From: the human T2T-CHM13v2.0 reference genome, Homo sapiens
Length of the DNA stretch: 64,000 nt
Assembly: GCF_009914755.1 (NCBI RefSeq)
Contig: NC_060932.1
Reading direction: 5' to 3' (one strand)
Part shown: one piece after another, positions 13,311-27,858 of the stretch
How the letters are laid out: the number at the start of each line of letters is the position of its first letter
Position numbering within the stretch: the first letter of the stretch is position 1
Notes under the pieces: model-generated
The model's database searches: none
Told to the model about the DNA's origin: nothing
The model's input: the letters and a program-made list of their open reading frames with translations, nothing else
Made by a program: the position numbers and the translations under genes

Positions 13311-16300
13311 CAGGATTCTAGGAGGTGTCACTTGTTCAGGCCCAGTTTTGAGGGTGTGTTGAGTACAAAACCTCTGTGATATGATTTGCCTATGAATGTC
13401 TTCTGCTTAAGAGTTTCTCCTCTCTCTCTGGTTAGGTATGAGAAACTCTTTTGATTTATAACATTGCAACACTGGGGAGGGGATGAAATTCACATTCACA
13501 ACTCGTTTTAATTAGTTGACTGAATTACCTAGCAGGACTCTTGAGAATGGGATATGGGACCAATAAGTTTTAATATGGAATGGGTCCAGAAGGGAACTTT
13601 ACAGCCGAAAGAAGTGTATAATTGGAAGCTCATAGGCTCTGTGAAGTCTAATTTCTGCCACCAGGGGCCAGTGTGCAGGTGCTAGAAATCTAGGCATAAG
13701 GCAGCATCGGGAAAACAAACAGATCAAAATGGAAAATGGAAATGAAAATTGTATTTCAGTTAGTAAGACTTGGCAAAAAGCCCCTGGCAGTTTAAAGCCC
13801 AAACCCAAATCATAAATCATAAGTTGTTTATGATTAAGTCTATCTGAAGACCTGAAAATATATCCTGCCTAGATGAATAAGGATTGCTACAGTAAGGATT
13901 GCTAATAAGCGATGATTTTAGAGGACAATATGACTAAGTTACAGCATCTGGAAACATACTGAGAACAGTCCCTTCAAATATATTAAAAGTTCCCTTTTCG
14001 ATTGATTGCCTTCAGGGTGACCATGTGACAAGGAGAATAGAGAAAGTTCAGACAAGGAGACTAGAGAAAGGTCAAAGGAAAGGAAGAATGAGAGGGACAT
14101 TTTATAAACTCTCAAGATTTAAGTACAAATATATCATTTCTTACAATGAAGAAAAGTACTCCTGAATGTGTTAAGTAATTGCAAAAAGGCATTTCAATCC
14201 TTTATCTCTTCATTCTTTTAAGACGACATATGCAGTAAGAGGAAAATATCCAATTGATGTTAAAATATCTAAGAAAATACATATTCCAACAAAATGGCAC
14301 ATTCAGTTTGTTACATCCAAATACTTTGTTTTTTACCTAGGCTCACTTGTGAACTGTTTTGCTTGGTTATACCAGGACTATTTGGAACAAATGCTCATAT
14401 TCTTTCTTGTAGACATAGCCATTTGGATTTTTAAAATACGATTTGAAAATCAAGAGGGTTTAAAATTTTTGTGTTAAAATAATCACTCCAGGAAACTGTA
14501 AGGTATTTGATTCTCTTCTTATTTTCCTAAATATAAATCCACTCATCTAGTAGTTGGGAAAACATATTCAAAATGGTAGTTTGCATCCTTTATGATTTAG
14601 TAGGAGCATGTGTCTGCTAAAGAGCATGGTGAAAGTTAATTGCTGTCTACTTGGGAAGCTTGAAGCAGCAGATTTTGCCCCTGGCAAGATAATTTTACAA
14701 AAGTAGGAACAAATAATGAGCCAGGCTGTCTCTCAGCCATTAGTGTGTAAGATGAAAGCTCCTGCCCACCCCCACCCTGCCCCATGTATATGATAAACGT
14801 AAGAAAAGAGGCACAGTTTCAAAATGACTGTTTATGACCTAAGCAGCAAAAACCGTAACATGAAGCATTGGATCACAACAGGCATCATTCGTGCCAGTGA
14901 ATTCTGAGTGATGTATTTCTAGAGCCTAAAAGTACAAATTATCTTCTGGCTATCCTACCTGCCTGCATTAGCTTTGACTTATTTCATGTGAGTCTTTCAG
15001 TGCTGGGACTTAACATTCTGACCTAACATTTAATGTATTAATCCTAATTTTAATCCGATACCAAGACTTGCTGTTGTATTGAATCAATTCAGGTTAATTC
15101 AGAATTATGTTGCTCCCACCCAGAATCAATAGACCCACTGTTGATTCTCTCCAAAGCTGACCACCCAGTTTTGTGAGAATCTGCAGTGAATTAGAAAATC
15201 TGTCATTGCTGGGGAGACTGGGCAGCTCAGATATGGCATGTCATTCTCTCTGGTCTATACAATACCCACTCTTTGTCTACCGTCTCCTAAGCTAACCTGA
15301 CATAACCGAGCCTGCCGGTCAATGAGATCTTTATTCTCCTGGAAGGAATGCCTGCACACAAGCATTATTAAGAAATTTCTGGACAATGTTTAGTGGCTAA
15401 AGAATAATCCAAGTTTCTATTAAAAAGCCATCTGGGTAATTAATAGCACATTTGTTCTCAGCCTTCTCCCAATTTGTCCATTAGTGGAATAAAAGCTCAG
15501 GACAAAGGGTAATGTGGTTCAGTTATATTTTACAAGAATTCTTCAGGAAGTTGAAAACACATGATAGTTTTCCAAAGATACATATGTTTATGGGCTCTTA
15601 GAGCAGCAAATAGGAAAATCCATGGGCTTTAAACTGAAGTTTTCTGCTGCCACTAGCTATTTAAATTAAGAAAAGTGATATGGAATATTTACAAATTGTT
15701 CCTGGAATTGACAAGCGAGTTGCCAGAATGCTCTAAAAACTTGTATGGGCTGGGATGTCTCCTTCACATTTAAGTAAAAAAAAATTCTGAAGATCTACAA
15801 ATTTGGAAAAAATCCAGGACATTTTATACATTTTCACCTGGTAGTTGTAAGGATTTTTTGACATCTCTTTTTAATGTATTTTCATGCAAGTAGTAGCCTC
15901 AGGCAGCATATTTCTGCACCGTTGCTAAATAAGCTCTTTTTCTTGTTGATGCTTTCTCTATTGTTCCGTTAGTTTGCCTTTTTTCTTAACTGTGTGGATG
16001 GTGAAACTTTAAAATACTAGATATTTGCAGATAAAAATTTAAAACACCTCAAAGTTAAATGAAGATTTAGTATGCTTTAGATTTCTAAATCTAGAAATTT
16101 CTGTCTTTTACATTTATATTAAGATTTATATTAAATCTTAATATAAATTAAATCTTAATATTAAATCTTTCAGATTTATATTAAAGCAGTGAACAGCTAA
16201 ATACCAAAGGAACCTGGAATTTATGAGGACTACACTGCCAAAAAGTGTATCTGTGTGTGTATGTGTGTGTGTGTTGGGTGGCGAGGTTTGATCGTGGGGG

Positions 16301-16489
16301 ATGGGGGCTATGACACGGTCACAAGCAGGGTATTTGCAAATATACTCCAGTAGCTTCGGAGGGGATGAGTCTCAGAGAGGGAGAGAGAGACAGAGACACA
16401 GAGACAGGGACAATCTCTCAGGTAAGGGGTCGGTTTATTTGGGAGGTATCAGGTCAAGAGGAGATCCTGCAAGATTAGTTTTAGTTACT

Positions 16490-16635
16490 TTTTATTGTGT
16501 GCTTAGTATGTGCCAGGCTAAGTACTTCTATGGATCATCTTATATAATCCTTATAGCAATGCTATAAAGAGGTGTTATCCTCATTTTCAGATGAAGCTTT
16601 GAGAAGTTCACATAGCTAGTAAGTAGCAGTGCCTG
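16490..16635 (-). mobile_element. MIR remnant
   Basis: 'tattgtgtgcttagtatgtgccaggc...gttatcctcattttcagatgaag...cacatagctagtaagtagcag'. Confidence 0.75.
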
Positions 16636-16772
16636 CAAGGCTCTATGGCCTCCCAACATACTCCCTTGCTCATTCTTCCCTGCTAGCAGCCTTTCGCATT
16701 CCAGCATAATAGTTAAGAAAACATGCTTTGGAAATGGGCAGAGACCAGCTGAGTTGAGTCCTAACTTCACTA

Positions 16773-17300
16773 ATTCATTCATTCATTCAATACTTTTTAA
16801 ACCCTAGTATGCCCCAGACACTGTTGAAGGCACAGTGGTGAGCAACAATATTTCCAGCTCTTGCCCTCAGGAGCTTACAACTTGGTGGGGGAAGACAGAC
16901 AATCGAATTTTACACAGTTGTAAAATTGTTAACAATGACAAATGTAGCCAGAAGAGGTACCAGATCTCCTGAGAACTGATGCTAGGAGCATTTGAATTAG
17001 ATGGTGAAATCAGGCAGGGCTTTCTGAGGAAGTAACTCTTGAGCTGAGATCTGAAGGATGACATGGCATTATCTAGGCAAAGAGGGGAAGGAAAACGAGG
17101 TCCAGGCAGAAGTAGCAGCAAAGGTCCGGCTCTGGGCAGAGCATGGTGAGTCTGGCTGGGTAATAGAGAGATAGGGAAGAGTGAGGAGAACAGAGCCATG
17201 GGCAGGTGACAGGACCAGATCACACAGGGCTCGGAGGACAGCCTTGAGTTTCGTCTTTGTCTTCAGAGCAATGGGAGGCCATCCAATGGTTGTGGAGAAG
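16773..17300 (-). mobile_element. L2 LINE 3' fragment
   Basis: (TTCA)n L2 tail, then 'ccctcaggagcttaca...cagggctttctgaggaagtaactcttgagctgagatctgaagga'. Confidence 0.8.
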
Positions 17301-17333
17301 CTCTTCCCTTTTCTCTTTCCTTCTCCTTTTCTT

Positions 17334-17639
17334 TTTCTATTCTTTGTTTTTTCTTTTGAGATGGAGTCTCACTCTGTTCCTCAGTCTGGGGTGCAGTGGT
17401 GTGATCTAAGCTCACTGCAACCTCCACCTCTGGGGATCAAGTGATTCTGCTGCCTCAGCCTCCCAAGTAGCTGGGATTACAGGCACCCACCACCATGCCC
17501 AGCTAATTTTTGAATTTTTAGTAGAGATGGAGTTTCACCATGTTGGCCAGGCTGTTCTTGAACTCCTGACCTCGAGTGATCTGCTCACCTTGGCCTCCAA
17601 AAGTGCTGGGATTACAGGAGTGAGCCACCGCACCTGGCC
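17334..17639 (-). mobile_element. Alu, AluSz/Sx-like
   Basis: Full antisense Alu; 17-bp TSD ttccttctccttttctt at 17317-17333 and 17640-17656. Confidence 0.95.
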
Positions 17640-18817
17640 TTCCTTCTCCTTTTCTTGTTCCTCTCTCTCTTTCTCTCCGTAGACGTCGGACTGTGCCCAG
17701 ACTTGTGTCATTCAGAGAGTTACATCTATTATTCCTTTTATTGCAGCTTTTAGTGACACTTTTACTTCAGGATGCCTTTAGCTCCCCAGGCTCAGGAGAA
17801 AGGGCCTGGAGGGCTCAACAGACACCGGTCACCACTACCATAGGACAGCTTCTAGAAGAGGTCTTTCTGACCCTGCCAACACATGAAGAAAAGCACAATT
17901 TTATTCCTAAGTTCTGTTTTAGAAACACAGACTCTGAGATAAGCCAAAGCAATGGAGCTGTTTGAACATCCATTTGTGATTGTTTTTTAATTTCAGAGTT
18001 AGGAGGTCAGCTGTGGCAGCTGCCAAGGTTGTGGGGTGGGGGACAGGGCTAGAGGCCCAGGGCCCTCACAGGGCCTGTTCATGGCCAGCTGAAACCATCC
18101 CAGGCTGGGAGGGCCTGGCCACTCCTCAGCAGAACAAATATTTGTTAGCACTTTACACAAGAATACTCTTGAGCTCATCATATTTACATTGCAAATGTTC
18201 TGTAAATAGCAAATCAGTTATGTGTACCTGAAATTTGTCTTTTATTTGAGGACACTGTATTCATAGAGGAGAGAAGTGAGTTTTGGAAGAGAGAGGAGTA
18301 CCATTAAAAAGAAAACAAACACAAAGCCTCCAGCAGAACCTCTCTTTGCCAGGGCAGATACTTAAAAGGCCACCCCAAAATGAATCCCAAATGAATGCTC
18401 CCTCCAAGTCTCTCTCTTGGCAGGTTAAATGGACCTACAGTTATAAACCCCAACTGTCAGTGCAAGCTGTCTCTGAGGGAAGTCAATAGCAGCCTGGCCC
18501 CGGCTCCACTACAGGGGTCTCCATAGCATCATTGGGGGGGGGGGTGGTTCTCCTTGTAGGACCCCCCAGTGCCCAGACCCTGTAGTCTATAACTCATTAG
18601 CAACCTCCTGAAGGAAGAGAACAGAATCCTTCTGTGATAAAACAATGTCTTAAAGACTTTCAAGAGCTAGACTTTCATGTCAACACAGGTCTACACATGT
18701 GGATAGATTAAGGTCAGGTGTAGAGAATACTTTCCTATATGTTTTGAGACAGTGCTTTTTCATTATAAAATGAAAAAAAAAAGGAAAACAATAAAATAGA
18801 ATAGGTTAAAGAAAACC

Positions 18818-18820
<3 letters not shown>

Positions 18821-18849
<29 letters not shown>
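18821..18849. repeat. (CA)14 microsatellite
   Basis: Directly visible. Confidence 0.95.
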
Positions 18850-18852
<3 letters not shown>

Positions 18853-19490
18853 CTCTTACCCATTATGAGAGAAGTTACTCTACTCTTTTTGTTTATACAG
18901 TTTAAACATTTTATTTATATATGTTCTGTGTAAGGATTATCTCCACATGGTGTGATGCTTCTGGAAGTATCACTATCATTTCCCCAATTCTGTCCCCCAT
19001 GAAACATGAAACATGTCCTCCACTACAGTATGAAATGTTGTCACTGTTATTTCTTTATATTAACCATTATTCTTCCTTTCCTGCTATTTGCAATTCAAAT
19101 CCCTTTCTTGTCCTCTCTGCCTCCTTTTCCCTACCACATCCCTAATATGATAGCATGAATTCGTTTGTCAAGTGGCTTTCTTGTGCAAGGTTTTCTTTAC
19201 TTTAGTGCATCTCTGTGCCAGGCTGTGTTGTGAGAAATAATAGAGAGAAGAGGCATTGAAAGGAGCATGAGGCCCAGGGGACTTTGACCACTTTACAGAT
19301 TGGGTAGCTGAAGGCCTGGGATGGAGACAGGGTCATGGAAGTTTGGTAGATGAGCATAACTATGGTCCTCTGAAGAAATAGGTGGGGTATATTTATTGTC
19401 TCTGAGGCCAAGCACATTTTCAAACATCTCTGGAACTCAGAGTAACCCAGCCTGATAAAGCTGTGCTCAAGAGCTGTAGGCACCACTAAC

Positions 19491-19771
19491 CACTGCTACT
19501 CAAAGTGTGGCCTGAGAACTCTTTGGTTACTGATCTACAGAAATTGAGAACAAGCATTTAGAAACATTTTTTCATCAAATGACATTGCTGTGACATCCAA
19601 GTATGTGATCAGTGAACTCACCTCATTAATTGTGGTGTAGACCAGTTCAGTTGTCAAGTTCGCACGGAGAACTGAATGTGGCATGAGCTGCATTCTAGAC
19701 GTGCAGGAGGATGAGGACAGATTAAAAATTAAAAAATAAATTAGTCCTCAGCCTCTGTGTGAGAAGTACTG
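19491..19771. mobile_element. hAT-Charlie non-autonomous DNA transposon (MER119-like, internally deleted)
   Basis: Terminal inverted repeats cactgctactcaaa / tgtgagaagtactg; internal 'gaaattgagaacaagcatttagaaac...gacattgctgtgacatccaag...gatcagtg' matches the recalled MER119 consensus. Confidence 0.7.
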
Positions 19772-19964
19772 CAGCAAACTAATGCTTTTAAGCATTTTTC
19801 TTCCTTCAACTACATTAGACTTTGAAACAAGAAAGAGGAGGATCAGGGTGTAGGAGAACAATGATTATAGCAGGCATTAATTGAGCACTCAGTGCTAGGC
19901 TTTGTGCTAAGTACTTTATTCATATCAACTAATCTAATTTACACTACTACAATTTCCATACATT

Positions 19965-20306
<342 letters not shown>

Positions 20307-21721
20307 TAGGGATCAGGAGACATAAGTAATAACTCTGTGAGTAGTCTTCCATCCTGATGGGTAACTAGAGTGAGCCCTACCTCTTCTTCAACTCTTCCAG
20401 TTCATGGGGGTCTGTGCTTCTCACTGACCTGGATCCTGGTCCCCACTGATCACTTTGGCTCTCACTGTCTTGGCCTCTGGCTCTACCTGCCTCTTTCCCT
20501 GGCAGATTCCCATGGTTACAGAGAGGTGGGAAAGTCCTATGAGGCAAGGCGGTGGGAAAACAAGAGGAAAGAGTCCAGACAGGAAAGGAAGCCGGGGAAA
20601 GAGCATAGAGGAGTGAAGGAGAGCTTGGCTGGAGGCCATTCTTTAGGGAAAGAGTCGTAGCAACTGTTGTGGATGGAAAGTGGAAATGTGGGGAAAATTT
20701 TTTTTTAAAAAAAACTAAGTGAGGTAATCACTTCCTCTGTTTCTCCACAACCTTGGGAGAAAGTCACAGACCTTTCCATACTTTTGGAGTAAGGTTGGTG
20801 TTTTTTTTTTCTGCAAAAATGGTCCTGGGTGAGAGCAGGGCAGGCTGCCTGACCACATCTGGATTATATTTGGACAACCCAGAGCCCTTAAATCTTGTTC
20901 CCAGCTAGTGTAGCCTGGGACTGTTTACCCCAGAGAGATGGGAGCTCTCATAGTTTTCTCTCTTTGGTTTTTAAGGAGGGCTAGGACTGGGGAGGAGCTG
21001 GGGATGGGGTCTCCCTGCCTACTTTCTTCCCACAAAGTCACCACATAGGTGCATAACAGTGTCCTCCCTCCCTTCTCCACCTTGATATCTGCAAAAGATT
21101 ACCCAGGAGAAATCTAATTTTTAGCCAGCATTATCATTGATTAATACAGTCTTTTCAAGGTGGATTTGCACAGAATTTGGTATCCTCCTTTGCATTATTT
21201 TCCATCAAAACAATTATTTTAATAATTTGTAAAGTGGTCTCATTATCCAAGGATCTGAGGTTAGTGATCCTTAGGAAGAACTGCTAACCTTGAGCCAACT
21301 TCTCTTTATCCTCAGGTTCATTTCAATTCAGTGAGTGCTCTGGGGCTCCTCTTACAGCTTCACATAAAGGCATTGGTCATTTATATTCACATGCCAAATC
21401 CATGCTTTCAGGGAAAACCTTCTTGTACACAAATCCTCACATATTTGTAGGCAGACAACAGTACTGATCGTTTTTTACCAGTCTTTCAGGTAGTTTGCTA
21501 GGGCTGAGCTGTACTATGTAGAATATTTAGGAGATTTTCCTGAGAGATTCTTTCCCTCCTGAGATGCATAATTTGCAAGCTGGGGAAGACATCAGTCTTT
21601 TGTAAGTCTGAGATTTTTCAATTTAAAATGAAATATTTCACTTCTGGGAACTCTTCTCCATGGAATTGTAAAGTGCCCCTGTGTCAATGTGTAATTTATT
21701 CCACGAGAGCTTTGTCCTGGG

Positions 21722-21860
21722 AGCATTGCAGTGGCTGGAAATTAAGAAACTTCTGTTTCAATTCCAACTTCACCCGTGACTTCTGTGTGACCTTAGGGAA
21801 ATTAGTTAACCTCCTTGGGTTTTATGTGCTTTAAAATGAGGATCAGACTATTACCTCATT
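21722..21860 (+). mobile_element. MIR remnant
   Basis: 'ctgtgtgaccttagggaaattagttaacctccttggg...taaaatgaggat'. Confidence 0.65.
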
Positions 21861-22240
21861 GTCTGGGCTCAAAGCTCAATAAAGAGCTAAAGCCCAGTGG
21901 GATCCCCAGGTAAAGGCTGCTAACACTCTGCTTGTTCTCTGGTGTGGAAGGCCTTTGCTTGGTTCAGAAGGGCACAGGACTAATTCTATCAGTCTTCAGT
22001 CCCTGGGGAGGCCTATTATATACTGACGATACCTTATATTTGAGAAATGTCATGATTTTTAAAAGGATGTTATATATTTGATTTTCTCATTTAATTTTCT
22101 CCATGCTGGGGAAGGAGGGATTTATTATCACTTCAATTATATTGAATCAGTTTAGGGCAGGGAACTTAAGTGTTAAGAGTTAATTTGTAGACTCAGTAAT
22201 ATATAGGATAACACATATTCTTCCATAATCTACCCTCATC

Positions 22241-23740
22241 TGTCACAGGATCCCTTAGGGTCTTGCTTTTCCATCTGGAAACCTGTGGGGCCAGTGGCCC
22301 CTTTGCCTGAGTTTTGCTTGGGCCTGCTGGGCTCATTCTGCCCCCTCAGCCTGGCAGGCTGTGCTTGGCTCATGGTCCTGGCTCAGATAACACACCTGCC
22401 AAGGGCAGGCCAGGTGTGCAGTGGCAAGGGATGTGTGAGCGAGTGAGCATGGGGTCTGGCTACTGTGCACAGACAGCCATGCTGGCTGCTATGGCAGGGC
22501 AGGCAGCTCCAGGCACTGGCACAGGCACCAGCTCCATGCAAAGTTGTGGCTGGATCAGATGTACTACAAGCCACTTCCGCAGTGGGTACTCCTGTCTGGA
22601 TGAGGGGGACGTGGTGGCACCCAAAAGCTTTGAGATGCCAGGAAATGCAGAGCTCCAAAGAAGGTGTCACAACCCTGGCTCGGGAAGCCCCTGGGTCTGA
22701 GCTCCCCAAAGGGTCGCAGCTCTTCTCTCCTTCTCATCGCTTGCAACATGGCGAGCAGTGGGGGTGGGGGAGCAAGTGTCAGCCTTGTTTGCGTTACAAC
22801 TCTTTCAGTCCCGCCATTCTTGGGTCCTGAGTTCTTCTCCCACGTCCAGAAAGAATGAGGTACATGGACAACTGGAGGGTGAGCAAGGCAGAGAGTAGCT
22901 TTATTGAGCAACAGAACACGTCTTAGGAGACCCAAAGTGGTTAGCTCCTATCTGCAGGAAGCTCATCTTAGTCACCTCAGTCATCTTGATGAGTGAGTGT
23001 CTGTCTGAGTCTGGGGTTTTTATGTCCTCAAAATGGAGGAAGTGTATGCTGATTGGTCATGGGCAGCCACAGCAGGCCTGGAAAAAGCATCATCCAATTG
23101 GCCGAACTGTCATCAGTGAAGTTCTTACTCCAGGTGCCCACTTTGCCCAGAACTGGCAGCCCCGCTCCCATACCTGGTCTGAAGGAGAGATTTCACTGGG
23201 GACCTTCCCCCTTCTGCCCAGGAACCTGCCTGCCATTAACATGCTGTCCATGGTGCCCATGTTGTCCATTTCAAGAGGTGCCTGCAGGCCCATGCTGAGC
23301 CACCCTCAGACCCCAGCCCCCCTCCCGTGCCTGTTGGTACCCCAAGTCTGGAGGTGGCCAAGTAGGATGGGGGCTAGTGTGTCAGCAGTGTGTGCATACC
23401 CGGCCAGGTTATGACAGCACCCAGGTTTGGCCATAACTTTGCTCCACCCCAGAGTGGGTGTCGGGAGTGGGGAGAGGCCAGGGAGTGGGAGCATGCACTT
23501 TCAAGCCTGCAGGGTCAGGGGGCTTCTAGGGCCCCTGAGAGCTCAGGGATGCTAGGGTCTGGAGCCATGTTTGGATGGCTGCAACAGTGCCAGGGAGTAT
23601 GAGGAGTGTGAGGCTCCTGCCTCACCAACTCGATAGGGGGGCAGGACTCCTGCCTGTTCCCTGCCCCCATTGGTTCCAAGAAGTGTGCAGCCCCAGCTGC
23701 ACCTCACCCGCTGCAGCCAGCATCCTCACAGCCACCATCA
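22241..23740 (-). mobile_element. MER52-family (ERV1) solo LTR, ~1.5 kb
   Basis: GC-rich block bounded by tgtcacagga...gccaccatca (TG...CA); flanks catc/catg form an imperfect 4-bp TSD; minus-strand AATAAA at 22900-22905, TATA-like ~23017-23023, CCAAT ~23052-23056. Confidence 0.85.
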
Positions 23741-24026
23741 CATGGAAAGACAGTTCCTTCGGCAATATTTACACTTGTAATATGAATTACACTTTGGAAG
23801 TATGCTACCTCTAGAATCAGATTTATTTTTTTATTTTAATTTTTTTAGGAATCTTGAGGAAAAAAATATTTTATTCTGTCTTTGAAACATTGGAGAACAA
23901 ATCATAGAGGTGAGTGATAGCCAAACTACTCAGTGTTTCTGTATCTTGGTTTCTTTAGTTTCCAAATACTATAATTATTTACTTATCACCTACTAGAAAG
24001 AGCATGAACTTCAGAGGCAGTTAATC

Positions 24027-25429
<1,403 letters not shown>

Positions 25430-25799
25430 AGATTGACTGGATTTAAATCTTGTCTTTCACTCAGAGAGGACTGTTAGTCAAGTTACTTAGCTTCTGTAAG
25501 TCTCATTTCATTTGTAAAATGAAGACAATAAAAGTACTCATTTCATAGTATCATTTTGAGGAGTAAATGAAATAACATATATATAATTTGTGTGTATATA
25601 TATATATATGATGTGCCTAGTATATAGCCTATTATACAGTAAATCCCTAATTATTATGTTTTAATTACATTTTACTTTCTTTTATGTTAATATAGGGTCG
25701 AATTATCCTTCTTTTAAGTATACACTTTAAAATGTATAACACATCAGTCTTTTTATAAATCAGAAATGAACAAAGACTTGTAATCTTCCTACTCAATAA

Positions 25800-26560
25800 T
25801 CTCTGTTGATAGTTTTAAAAATGAGCACATTTGTAAAATTAGAAATGTCAAATAGTAGAGAAGTGTATTATATGGAAAGTGGGAAATAATCTTATTAATC
25901 AGTTATTATTTCCACAAAAAGATGCACATTCCCACATATAGGCATCTACTTTTTTCTTTTTCACATATAGGATATTATACCAGTGATAGTATTCTGCATT
26001 TGCTTTTCTGCACTTTCATATCTGGGAGCTTGTTCTAAAAATAGATCTAATTAATTCTCTTTAATGTCCTCCAGTATTCCATCACAGAGACATTTCATAA
26101 TTTATTTATCCTTTTAGCTATTGATGGACACTGGATTGTTTTTACTTTTGGTTAGTTTGTTTGTAATTTAATTATGCTTCAGCGAATATCCCTATACATA
26201 TGTTTTGGAGAATTTTCGTAAGTGTATTAGGAAGATAAATTTCTAGCAGTGGACTTGCTGACTTATGCATTTTAGCTGACATGCCTTTGTATGTTCTGAG
26301 TATCCTCTAATTTCAATCATTTTCAAGATTAAAAAATGGCATCATATGATATACATTTTTGAGGAGCATAGTTCTTAATTTTCTCTTTCTTGTTTTGATT
26401 TTGTTATGAGTGAGGCTGAACATCGTTTTCTATATTTGGTATTTGTACTTTTTTTCCACTGCAAACTGCGTGTTTATAGACCTTGCTCATTTGCTAGTGG
26501 GTTATTCATCTTTGTCTTAATTTATATTACCTTTTAAAAATAAGTATGTGGTTTAAAGAG
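25800..26560 (-). mobile_element. ancient L1ME-type fragments
   Basis: Degenerate L1 3' motifs 'ctattgatggacactggattgttt', 'ataaatttctagcagtggacttgctg', 'tatgagtgaggctgaacatc'. Confidence 0.55.
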
Positions 26561-26585
26561 ATATGTTTAATCATATATAATTTTA

Positions 26586-26939
<354 letters not shown>

Positions 26940-26949
26940 TTAGAGTAGA

Positions 26950-27235
26950 GGCAAAATTGTGTTTATGGGCCCAGCATCTATTTTCCCTTCTACAAATAGC
27001 ACCCAGATATTCCTTTTGGGTAGCAGCCATTTTTCCATCATCCATTTTGGATATACTTAAGCCTGGACACATGACCTAGACTTGTCCACTAAAGCTATGC
27101 ATCCACAGATAGATAGGTGACCCATACTTGTCCAATGGGAGCCATTTCTGTGACTTTGCTGAATCCATTTGAAAAGAAGTACTCTCTCCTTTCCTTACTC
27201 CTCCCCACTGCAGTTGCTGATAAGGATATATAGGA
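26950..27235. mobile_element. old MaLR LTR fragment (MLT1J/K-like)
   Basis: 'ggcccagcatctattttcccttct...atagcacccaga...ggacacatgacctagac...ggtgacccatacttgtccaatg'. Confidence 0.5.
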
Positions 27236-27257
27236 TGTTGTCAAAAATACAGTTTAT

Positions 27258-27558
27258 GGCCAAGTGCAGTGGCTCACACCTGTAATCCCAACACCTTCGG
27301 AGACTGAGGCGGGAGGATTGCTTGAACCCAGGAGTTTGAGACTAGCCTGGGAAACTCTGTCTCTACAAAAAATAGAAAAAAAAAATAGCTGAATGTAGTG
27401 GCAAGTGCCTGTAGTCCCATCTACTTGGGAGGCTGAGGCAGGAGGATCCCTTGAGTCCAGGAGGTTGGGGCTTCAGTGAGCCTTGATTGGCCCACCGTAC
27501 TTCAGCCTAGGGGACAAAGTGAGACCCTGTCTTAAGAAAAAAAAAAAAAAGAAGGAAA
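27258..27558 (+). mobile_element. AluJ
   Basis: 'gggaggattgcttgaacccaggag', 'ggaggatcccttgagtccaggagg', 'gagaccctgtct' plus A tail. Confidence 0.93.
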
Positions 27559-27858
27559 GGCTGGGCACCGTGTAATCTCCAGCATTTTGGGAGGCCAAGG
27601 TGGGCAGATCACCTGAGGTCAGGAGTTTGAGACCAGCCTGGCCAACATGGCGAAACCCTGTCTCTACCAAAGATACAAAAATTAGCCGGGTACGACAGTG
27701 CATGCCTGTAATCCCAGCTACTTGGAAGGCTGAGGCAGCAGAATTGCTTGAACCTGGGAGGCGGAGGTTGTAGTGAGCTGAGATTGCATCACTGCATTCC
27801 AGGCTGGACAACAGAACAAGACTCCATCTCAAACAAAAACAAAGACAAAAAAACAAAG
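27559..27858 (+). mobile_element. AluSx-like inserted in the tail of the preceding AluJ
   Basis: 'gatcacctgaggtcaggagtttgagaccagcctggcc'; aaaatacagt at 27244-27253 and 27859-27868 flanks the pair. Confidence 0.93.

Noticed and set aside
13878-14074. Short direct repeats as CRISPR-like array
   Set aside because: Only two copies each, with no spacer series, in eukaryotic DNA.
22314-23814. Cluster of overlapping 60-140 aa ORFs
   Set aside because: They lie in the GC-rich MER52 LTR where stops are rare, occur on both strands and have no recognisable domains.
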